DNA of 64,000 bases from Azolla caroliniana (Eukaryota; Plantae; Polypodiophyta): positions 5,084,001 to 5,148,000 of the forward strand of contig JBHGNT010000013.1 in the NCBI GenBank assembly GCA_043228905.1, given 5' to 3'. Made by a program: the position numbers and the translations under genes. The notes beneath the pieces were generated by a model. That model was given only the letters and a program-made list of their open reading frames with translations, did not search any database and had not been told where the DNA came from. Shown in pieces: positions 1 to 10,620 of the stretch. Position 1 is the first letter of the stretch; each line of letters opens with the position of its first letter.

Positions 1-194
1 ATAGTGTTTTCGTTTGGCCTATGCGGCCATGGTTGTAAAGCGTTTGGTGTTTCTTAATATAACTCGTTTGTGTATCTTGCCTCCATCCATCCTATGTTTA
101 TGTCCTATTCTTTCTCCTCTCCTCTCGAGCTAAGCTTCCATTTCCCCTCTACTCCCTACTCCAAGACCCCCGCGGTCCCGCCTAAGATCTTACA
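1..194 (+). mobile_element. 3' end of an LTR running off the window
   Basis: Ends ...CCGCGGTCCCGCCTAAGATCTTACA, resembling the end of the 5085-5693 solo LTR (CCGCGGACC...CCTAATCGATAACA). Copia gag-pol sequence starts shortly after. Confidence 0.4.
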
Positions 195-214
195 TGTATT
201 CGTGGAATACTGCG

Positions 215-3200
215 ACAGCGCGCCGATTTGGACAACATTTAGATCCGGCAAGGACAGACGGGGAAGCCGACAAAGCTCGCACTGCATGGAAGCACCGGAA
301 ATGGATCAGGCCCATCCTTTGTCATGAAACACAAGGCTAACTCGATGAAGACAAACACCTCGAAACGGAACGAGGTATGGTACGTTGATTCTAGAGCGTC
401 AAAGCATATGACAAGCCACACGGAGTGGATTTCTTATTTAGAAAAATGGAACAACCTAGGGTGGTCCAAACCGGAGACGACACCCCACATACCATCGAGC
501 AAATCGGTGAGGTTCCCCTCAACCATGTTGGCAAGAAGGGAAAGTTTATGAACGTCCAATACGTCCCGACAATCACAAAGAATCTTGTTTCAGTCTCACA
601 GATTGTCGACCAAGGGATGCAGGTCCCATTCACACATCTCAGTTGCTTCATCGAAGAAGAGGGCAAATTAATCGCGCAAGGGCGCCGAGATGGGAGGATG
701 TTCATCCTCGACACCAACGACGCCGGCACCGCTCTGTTCACAAATGGACAGAAGGTCGAATTGGATATCGACCTTTGGCACAAGCGGATCGGCCACATCA
801 ATTATCAGAGGCTTCAAGTCCTGCAATCAAAATAGGTTGTTTTTTTTTTGCAGAAATTCAATGGCAAGAAGGCCGAAATTTGTGAAGCCTGCTAGCTCGA
901 GAAGCAACACTGGCTTCCGTTCCCCACCGAAAGAAACCGGCGCCGTAACAAGCTCGATCTAATACATTCAGATGTATGGGGATCAGCACAGAACGTTAGT
1001 CTTGGCGGGAGCCAATATTTCATCTCCTTCATCAACGACTACAGCCGGCACACATGGATCTACCTAATCGAAAGGAAAGGCAAAGTTTTTGACTATTTCC
1101 AGAACCTACAAACTCTTGTGGAACGGGAAACAAAGAGGAAGATCAAGTGCCTGCGGTTGGATGGCGGAAAATAATATTTTTCCGGCCAATTCAATAGTTA
1201 TCTACATCAGAAAGGAATTTGGAGGGAATTCAACTACCGATACACACAAGAACAAAACGGTTGGCCGAAACGAAGAACCGGTCAATTGTGGAGGCGGCAT
1301 GGGCAATGCTGGAAGAGAAGACCATGCCCAAGTTCTACTAGGCGGATGCAGTTCGGACGACCGTCTACCTCCAAAACCATATCGGGGATAAGGTGTCAGC
1401 ACATGAGTTGTATTTTGGGCGGAAGCCGAATTTAAGGCACCTTAAGATATTCGAAAGCTGGATGCAAAGTTGGAGAAGTGCATCCTTGTCGGCCACTCAC
1501 ATGAGCAAAGGGTTATAAGTGCTATAACCCCCGAACTAAAGAAGTTCGAGTGAGCTGACATGTCAAATTTGATGAGTAGGCATCATGGTACTCTCTATCT
1601 GCTCCGATGTCCGACTCCGACCCAATTCCGGAGAATGAGGCCAATGAGCCTGAATTGATCCAGGCAAACGATGAAGAAGGATTCAATACTCTAGATGAGA
1701 TTCTGATCTCATTTCGGCTGAGCGGGCCGAATAAAACGTTGAGTCAGAAGGACTAGCAAGATGATGAGTTGGCGAGCAACGAAGATTCGGTTGTGCTCTC
1801 CCCACGTAAGGGACCGAGGAGACGGTTTCCCATGCAAAGAAAAGGGGAAGAAAAGATGTTGGAATATGACACCGGTAGAGACGAGTCGGATCAGAGCAAA
1901 TCCGACTCTAGACCTTCGAAGACAAATTCTGATTCGGCCAAGAGGGCCTTGAAATCAGCTAATGAGAAGTTGCGCCGATCTACCCAACAGAAAAACCCCG
2001 TAAAGAGGTACAGGTACAATTAATATATGGCGCATCATTTTGCGTACATGGCAAAGGTGGCTGCAGTGCGTGAGCCGGAGAGCTACGTAGAAGCGACGAA
2101 GGATGCAAATTGGCGTCACGTTATGGAGGAAGAGATGCACACACTCATGGAAAACGAGACGTGGCATTTAGTCGATGTACTGAAAGGAGTGAGGCAAATC
2201 GGTTGTCGATGGGTATACAAGGTTAAATGCAACATCGACGGCTCCGTCAACAGGTACAAGGCCCGGTTGGTGGCCAAAGGCTACGCGCAACAACACGGCA
2301 TCGACTATGATGAGACGTTCCTACCGGTTGCGAAGATGACGACCATTCGTGTCCTACTTGTTGTTGCATCGGAGAAGGGGCGGCATCTACATTGGATCGA
2401 TGTGAAAAACGTGTTCCTGCAAAGTGACCTTGAGGAACAAGTGTTTATGGTTCAACCCCACAGATTTCAGTTTGGAATGAACACATCAGTTGTATGATGA
2501 TTGAAGAAGTCCCTCTATGGACTCAAGCAAGCCCGATGCGCCTGGAATGCGAAGATCACGCAAAGACTGCGTCAGATGGGGTTTGTTCCGTCGAAATCAG
2601 ACTCTTCACTTTTCACCTGGCAAGGTCGGAACGGACCAGTGAACATATTGCTCTATGTGGATGAACTTGTCATCCCCGGCACCGAATTGGACGAAATCGG
2701 CCACGTCAAATCCCAGATTGTAGCATCATTCAAGATGAACGATCTAGGAGACCTTCATTACTTCCTTGGCTTCGAAGTGATCCGAACCCCTGAAGGCATA
2801 CTGCTGAATCAATGCCACTATGTACCGAGTATTCTTAGACTTCAAATTCGGTATGACGGAATGCAAATCCGTCTCGGCCCCTCTGGACCGGAATATGAAG
2901 CTTCACCCCGACTCTGGACCGGCATGCAGCCCACAAAGATTCCGACAAATAGTCGGAAGCCTTATCTATCTAACCATCACCCAAGCGGACCTCAATTATC
3001 CAGTCGGATTGATATTTCAATTTTTGGCACATCCGACCGTGGAGCACCTTCAATGTGTTCACCCAATCCTCAGATACTTCAGCGGCACTAAGGCTAGCGG
3101 GTTGTTGTATTGGACCACTGTAGCCGAACAACTTGTCACCTACACGGATTCCGATTGAGCCGGAAATGCCCGCGACTGCAGGTCTACATCCGGATATTTG

Positions 3201-4546
3201 TTTTCACTTGGGAGCCATGTGGTCACCTGAAGCACCAAAAAGCAGCCGATAGTGGCACTGTCAAGCACCGAGGCTAAGTACCGAGGAGTGGTTATTGCAG
3301 CATGCGAAGCCATCTCACTCAAGAGGCTCCTAAAAGATCTGTGAGTGGAGTTGTATGATCCGACGACGATCTATTGCGACATCCTCAGTAGCATCCAATT
3401 GGCAAAGAACCTCGTCTTTCACACCCGGACTAAGCACATCGAGGTGCACTGTCATTTTGTCCAAGAGCGCATTCTCTCTGGTGAAATGGAACTGTTGCAT
3501 GTTCCGACGGATCAGCAGATGGCTGATATCTTCAGCAAACCCCTCGGCTTAGACAAGTTGCGGCACTTTTCTGGTGCACTAGGTGTGCAATACCTCGATA
3601 TGTTGAACTTGAGGGGAAGGATTAGAAGGAGGAATGAGAAAGATGATCGGGCAGCCGAGAAGGAGAAAGCCAAGACCAGACGCAGGGGGAACCACCGGAA
3701 CGAAAAGCCCAAGCCGGAGCCAACCAAAAAACGGGGAGCCAAAGCCGGAAAGACCAAGACACGGACGTGGTCCGATGTCATGAAGGGTTTGAAGATTGGG
3801 GACGAATTGGAGACAACCAATTCGGACAAGAGCTAGAACGAATTAGAGTCACCCGATTCGGAGGAATTGGATCAATTGAAGGCCAAACGGACAAGGAGGC
3901 AGCGGAAGTCGACACTGACACGGAGGAACCGACGGGTCGAGACGTGCCAGAGTCGCAACAACAAAGGAGTTGAGCTAGGCCCTCTGAGTAGACAAGCCAG
4001 CCTAGAAGGTTGAGATGCACAGAACCGAATGCATCATGGGAAGCCAAACCGGACCAGACGAGGAGCGCGAGCCAAGCGGGAGGACGCCAAGGGGAGCCGG
4101 AGGAGAGGACCAGCTACCACAGACACTAACACTACGATCCGGCCTCAAGTTGAGCTTGAGGAGGAGTGTTGAGTGGACAAGCTCAACTGGATCCGGATTG
4201 GCTGAATAAGCCAGACCCGAACCGGGGAGACGGATCAGATTGTAACCGGTAGACCGTTAGAGGCCTATGAATCTAGCTTAGTATGCATGCATATTTTTGG
4301 GAGTCAGTGTTAGTGGCTCGTATGAGCATTGAAGTACTTGTTAGTACTTCTGCCAATCCTTTTGAGGACGTGTATAAAAGTGGTCACTAAGCACATTGTA
4401 TGTACAGAGTGTTAATATTTTGAATTATGTTCTGCTCTAACTCTGTCTCTCTCTCTTGTGTAAGGTTTGCATTAAACCTGTGTCTGTATTCTGTTGTTAT
4501 TCGGATGAGCCGGCTTTTTCTTAGATTCCGCGCATTATCTTTTACA
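215..4546 (+). mobile_element. Ty1/copia element A (5'-truncated, degenerate)
   Basis: Domains in order: PR (WYVDS), GAG-pre-integrase (LWHKRIGH), INT, RT (YKARLVAKGY, LLYVDE), RNase H (TKHIEVHCHF), with many stops and frameshifts. PPT at about 4156-4166, then the 3' LTR. Confidence 0.93.
4167..4546 (+). repeat. 3' LTR of copia A
   Basis: TGTTGAGTGGACAAGCTCAAC...TTTTACA directly after the PPT. Homologous to the LTR at 15080-15513 (-) and the LTR fragment at 52618. Confidence 0.88.
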
Positions 4547-4906
4547 ACCGCCAATGAGGATATGAGAAACAATGATAGGGCTTCCCCAAAGAGAATGAAA
4601 AGAAAAGGTGTTAACGAGTAACCTTGTGTGACAGATTTGGAAATTGGAAATAATGTACCATACCCTCCAGAAAATAAAATTGAGCTAGAAGCATGTCTAT
4701 ATAATGCAGACACACCTTTTCGCCATCCACATGGAAACCCTAATCTTAAGAGAACTGCCTCTAGAAAGTCCCAATCTACTTTATCATATGCTTTCTCAAA
4801 ATCTAATAATAGAATAACAAGGGACTATTTGTGATTTTGAGCCAATGTGGCCATCTCCCAAAAGAGGAAGATATTGTCAAAGATGCTTCTCTCTTGAGGA
4901 AGGTAT
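4547..4906 (-). pseudogene. L1-type LINE reverse-transcriptase fragment (part 2)
   Basis: Minus strand reads ERSIFDNIFLFWE...LLLDFEKAYDKVDW...VTQGYSLTPFLF. Homologous to LINE ORF2 at 42467-43774. Confidence 0.85.
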
Positions 4907-5084
4907 TGTAAAGAATCAAGAGATGGATTCTTGTGAAGCGGAAGAGATATGAGTTATGTGTGTGTATGAGAGAGAGTGTGTGTGAGCGAGAGAGAGACAA
5001 GGAATACGCAAGGTAAAAGTATATTGACAAAGGAGAAAGACTCAACTTATACAAGGTGGGAGGAGGGTGCTTTATGTAGTCACC

Positions 5085-5693
5085 TGTTGTCCGCCGGAAT
5101 AGTAACCAACGGACAAAAGCGTAGGAATAAGAAATAATATAAGAGCATAACGCATGTAACGGTTCACGCAAGAAGCGTGAACGGCTAAATAGACCCTGCG
5201 TATATAAAGGGCAAAAAACCTCTAATAAAGGGTGCGTGTAATTTTGGGAATGTAAAGAAACGCCTGATAATAGAATCCTATCTTCTCTGATTTCTTGTGT
5301 ATAGCTACGGCTAATCTACTGTGTGTGTCTTGAATACCTAAGCGTTCAAAGTGCGTAAGTGTAACCCTTGGTAGGGATTCGGTTGTAGCCGTTCCCCGTA
5401 TACGCTGAAAGGTTACAAGTAACCTTCCCTTACGCATTACGCTTAGACGCCTATTCGTTGTTTTCTTGTTCTTCTTCGTTGGTTTTTCCTTCAAGCAAAG
5501 TTGACTGCAGAGGTTCTCAACCCTCGCGCTCTAATACCATGAAAAGAATGACAGGAACTAAACACTCCCCTATACGCAACGCTCGGCCACAACCAAGCTT
5601 AGATTCATGCACAGAAAACGGGAAATGACTCCACACCCACTTGGGGGTCCAGGTCGAAGGATTGACCGCGGACCGTGTTCCTAATCGATAACA
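5085..5693 (+). mobile_element. 609-bp solo LTR-like insertion with captured fragments of other retroelements
   Basis: TGTTGT...ATAACA termini. Perfect 5-bp TSD TCACC (5080-5084 / 5694-5698). Absent from the sister LTR at 10133-10516. TATATAAA at 5201. Confidence 0.9.
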
Positions 5694-6136
5694 TCACCCT
5701 CTCTCTTCATTAACTACAAGACTCATGGAGCATGGGGAATGTGAAAGCTCATAAGTTATGTGTCATAGAATATGATTCTATGACTCATACTAAATGCTAG
5801 AATACAAAGTGGTGACATAATGGTGACTCTTGACCGTTGGAGTGTCTCTTCGCTCTTAAGGTGAGTTCACACACTAGACCAAGTTGAGCTTGATTCTCAA
5901 CCCACCCCCTCAAGCTCAAGTTGGGTCGGTTTCAGACGGTATCCGAAATCCGCTTCAACTCGCGTTCCGAAGTCCGTGTCGACTCACTTTATGCGGAGTT
6001 GCGGAATCCGTGCTCCAGCTTGCGTTGTGCATAGTTACGAAGTCTATGCCTCGGCTTGCATCTTTCGTTGCGGCTTTGCGCGGTAGATCAGCTCTTCGCT
6101 GCTTATTGCATAGTGTGCGGTTGTGGAATCTACTCG

Positions 6137-9100
6137 TTATTGTGTACTGTCTTCAGTACTCCCCCTCAAGCTTGGCAAATCAGGGATCGTCAATCCGAGA
6201 TCGGTCATGAATTGCCATAGCTTGTCGACTCCTAAGGCTTTAGTGAAGATGTTGACCGTTTGAAGATTGGTGCTAATGTGTTGTAGGTCAACATCGCCAG
6301 CCAGAACGCGCTCTCGGATGAAGTGATAGTGCACTTCGATGTGCTTTGTCCGCGCGTGGAACACCGGGTTCTGAGCCAGATAGATACTGCTCATGTTGTT
6401 GCAGTAAAGGGAAGTTTGATCCTTGATGGGTACGCCCAGATCCTTCAAGATCCTCTTGAGCCATACGGCTTCACACGCAGCTACGGCTGCACCCCTGTAT
6501 TCCGCCTCCGTACTCGAAAGAGCAACGGTAGGCTACTTCTTGCTATCCCAGGATATTGCTCCGCTGCCGAGGGAGAAAACAAATCCGGAGGTTGATCTTC
6601 TATCATCTTTGTAGCCGGCCCAATCGGCGTCTGTGTACCCCTCGAGTCGTATTGGCATCGGGGTCTTGTAGAGGATGCCGCAATCCATTATGCCACTCAC
6701 ATAGCATAGAACTCGCTTAGCGCAATCCAAGTGAGTATCACGCGGTGTTTGCATGAATTGGCTAAGGAGACCGACCGGATAACTAAGATCGGGTTGTGTA
6801 ATCGTGAGGTAGATGAGACTCCCGATAAGTTGCCGATACTAAGTCGGCTCACACGCTTTGGTGCCGGAGTTCACATCTAGTTTGAGATTGCGATCGAGTG
6901 GGGTTGCCGCGGATTTGCACTCAGCCATCCCGAACTTGTATAACAAGTTAAGGATGTAGTGCCGTTGAGAGATCATGATTCCGGTCGGATTCTGAATTAC
7001 CTCGATGCCAAGGAAGTAATGCTCCTTCATGTCCGTCATCTCGAACTTGTCGGAAAGGAGGGATTTGACTTTATTGACTTCGACGAGATGCTCACCTCCA
7101 ATGACTAGGTCATCCACATATAAAATGATGACGATCGGATTTGCAGAATCGCTTCGTATGTAGAGGGAGTTGTCCGATTTTGACATATGGAAGCCGATTT
7201 GATGAAGATATTGCGTTATCTTCGAATGCCAAGCACGAGGTGCTTGCTTGAGGCCGTAGAGTGGCTTCTTGAGTCGGCATACAACTTTCAGATGGGTGCT
7301 CGAGTTGAAGCCGGGTGGTTGGATCATGTACACCTCCTCTTCTAATTCGCCTTGTAGAAAGGCATTCTTGACGTCCATTTGATGGAGGTGCAACCCTTTC
7401 GCCGCGGCAATCGCAATTACGGTCCGCACCATCGTCATCTTTGCCACCGGGGCAAAGGTCTTTTCGTAGTTGACGCCATGCGTCTGAGCGTATCCTTTCG
7501 CTACGAGTAGAGCTTTGTAGCGGTTTACGGAGCCATCGACGTTATACTTCACCTTGTAGATCCATCTGCATCCGATCGCCTTTTTGTGTGGTGAGGTGGG
7601 AACGAGATCCCACGTCTCGTTCTTCCATAGTGCCTGCATCTCTTCGTTCATTGCTTCGATCCATCGTGGGTCCTTCGCGGCTTCCAAAAAGGTTTCCAGC
7701 TCTCGTACTGTCGCCACCTTCATCATAAAGGCGTAATGGTACACCATATAATCGTTGTAGTTGAATCGGCTTACGGGGTTCTTTTCACGAGTGGATCGGC
7801 GGAGCTTTTCATTTGCAGAGATGAGGGCTTTCTTAGCTCCAATTGGTACATCGAAGCCGCTGAACTCACTATCAAGTGAGTGAATCGATTCATCGTCGTC
7901 GAAGCGATCGTCTTCACATTCCGCCATTTTCACCTTACCTTTGTCCATCTTCGGGCTACGCCGTGATGTGCTTCGATCGCTCAAAGGCTCTTGTGGTCCG
8001 CTCAGTCGGGTCGTGATCGGACTTTCTTCGATCATGCGCGTAGGGCGATCTTCATCCTCGATCTCTTGTTCGGCAAATTCCGGGTCGAGCGGTATCGGAG
8101 GCGAAGTTGTCTCTGGTGTGTACCAGGATGCGGACTCGTCAAAAACGATATCTCGACTTACTCAAGATTTCCGAGTTGAGGGGTTGTAGCACTTGTACCC
8201 CTTTTGCTCCAATGAGTATCCTACGAGGATATATTTCTCCGACTTCGGGTCAAGCTTTTGACACTTCTCGTCGGGGATGTGCACGTACGCTATCGCGCCG
8301 AATATCCGGATGTGCGATAAGTCCGGCTTCTTTCCGAAGTATTTTTCGTGCGGAGTGACCTCGTGCACGCCGGATGTTGTGCACCGGTTCATTAGGTAGA
8401 CGGCCGTATTTGCAGCTTCAGCCCAATATGACTTGGGCATATGCTTCTCGTTCATCATGGCCCGCGCTACTTTGAGGATGTGCCAATTTTTGCGCTCGGC
8501 TACTCCGTTTTGTTGCGGAGTGTGTCGGCAAGGGAATTCTCGCCGAATTCCTTCCTTTTGGAGATATGCCATGAAATCGTCCGAGAAGTACTCCTTGCCG
8601 CCATCCGATCGAAGGCATCGTACATGTCGGCCCATGGCTTTCTCGACTTCATTCTTGAAATTTTGGAAGTGTCCGAAGACTTCACTCTTTGCCGCATTGG
8701 ATAGATCCAAGTGTGCCTAGAAAAGTCGTCGATGAAGAGCATGTAATATCGGCATCCGCCTAATGTCGTCGTTTGAGCCGGACCCCATACATCGGAATAA
8801 ATTACGTCGAGTACGCCTTTGCTCATGTTCCGCTCCTTCGGAAATGGGTGTCGGTGTTGCTTGCCGAATTGGCACGCTTCACATACACATTCAATCTCCT
8901 TCTCTTTGAATGTCGAGAGTCCGATGACGACTCCTTTCGATTTCATTGCTTTGAGTTTGTTGAGATTGATGTGGCCGATTCGCTTATGCCATAGCTCTAT
9001 ATCGGAGTCGGCTTTCGTGCTTTTCGCGAACATGGCGGATTTCATCTCATGTGAATCGAGAATGAACATCCGGCCCTCTCTTCTTCCGCGTGCGATGATT

Positions 9101-9973
9101 CGGCCTTCTCTTTCGATGAAGCACCCTTCTTGATCGAATCGTACTTGCATCCCTTGCTCAACCATTTGGCCGACCGAGACCAAATTCTTCGTGATGGTGG
9201 GAACATGCAAGACATTTTTAATGTATGTTTTCTTACCTCTTTTGCCGAACGGGACATTGCCGATGTGCTGAATCGGGTGCGTAGTGTCATCTCCGGTTTC
9301 GACATAACCGGGTCGCTCCGGCTCTCGAAGTTCGAGAAACCATTCTTCCTCCATTAGAGTGCATGTAGAGCATGTGGCCTTCCGACTCATTGCTCCTTGT
9401 ACGCACGTGGTTTTCTTCGACCAATAGCATTGATTGGAGCTCGAAGAAGGAGGGAGATTTCTCTCGTGCTAGAACGGCGGTTCGCATCGCGCCGAACCGT
9501 GGTGCGAGGCCGCCGAGGCATATTTGCACCATCTCATCATCATCGATACTTACACTTATTGAACCGAGCAAGTCGCAAAGCTCCTTAATCTTCAAGGTGT
9601 ATGTCGTGATGGACATGTCCCTTTGTTGAATGTTGTTCAACTCTTGGCGGAGTTGTAGCTTCCTCACGGTCGTGTTGGCGGCGAAAATCTTTCGTAGATT
9701 TTCCCACGCTTCCTTCGGCGTCTTGGCTTCTCGAATGTAACCAAGCATGTGGTCGTGGACACATGTCGCCAAGCAATACATCACACGGCTTGCAGCTTGC
9801 TCCCATGTCACATATCCGGGAGCCGCTTCAGTGGGTCGGTCTTCATGCGCTCCTTTGATGTAGCTCCAATAGCCTTGTCCGACAAGGTATTGGTGCATCT
9901 TGTACTCCCAAGATGCGAAGTTGTTTCGATCCAACTTCTCGGTAGGGAGAGCGCTCCCCATTTGAGTATTCAT
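6137..9973 (-). pseudogene. gag-pol polyprotein of copia B (several frameshifts)
   Basis: ORF pieces: 9287-9973 (gag), 8500-9390 (PR/INT zinc finger), 8162-8710 (INT core), 6839-8035 (RT, YVDD), 6533-6754 and 6137-6448 (RNase H). Confidence 0.92.
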
Positions 9974-10188
9974 TATGTCGATTCTTCTTCTTCTTCTTCT
10001 CTCTTCGAATGCGAGCTATGTAGCGAAGCTACGATAGCTATAAGCCGGTTCTTGGTCGTCGGCGTAGAGCACAACACACGATCATGATGAGGCGAATGGG
10101 CTAGATCGAGCTACCAAATCGCTCTGATACCATGTAAAGAATCAAGAGTTGGATTCTTGTGAAGCAGAAGAGATATGAGTTATGTGTG

Positions 10189-10227
<39 letters not shown>

Positions 10228-10516
10228 AGGAATACACAAGGTAAAAGTATATGGACAAAGGAGAAAGACTCAACTTATACAAGGTGGGAGGAGGGTGCTT
10301 TATGTAGTCACCCTCTCTCTTCATTAACTACAAGACTCATGGAGCATGGGGAATGTGAAAGCTCATAAGTTATGTGTCATAGAATATGATTCTATGACTC
10401 ATACTAAATGCTAGAATACAAAGTGGTGACATAATGGTGACTCTTGACCGTTGGAGTGTCTCTTCACTCTCAAGGTGAGTTCACACACTAGACCAAGTTG
10501 AGCTTGATTCTCAACA

Positions 10517-10620
10517 CATATCATGTATAATCGAGGGACACATCGGACGCATTCAATTGGCTATAGTCTTTGCTACTATCTTATTGATGTCGTTAAGCAA
10601 AGTTATTGGATGTCATTTGG
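10517..10620 (-). pseudogene. L1-type LINE RT fragment (part 1)
   Basis: Minus strand reads HPITLLNDINKIVAKTIAN*MRPMCPSIIHD, the motif that precedes the fragment at 4547-4906. Confidence 0.8.

Larger units (their letters stand above)
4907..10516 (-). mobile_element. Full-length Ty1/copia element B (frameshifted), inserted in a LINE fragment
   Basis: LTRs at 4907-5902 (interrupted) and 10133-10516 are nearly identical. PBS TGGTATCAGAGC (tRNA-iMet) at 10121-10132 and PPT at about 5903-5913. Flanks GGTAT/CATAT give an imperfect TSD, but both flanks are consecutive parts of one LINE RT. Confidence 0.95.
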
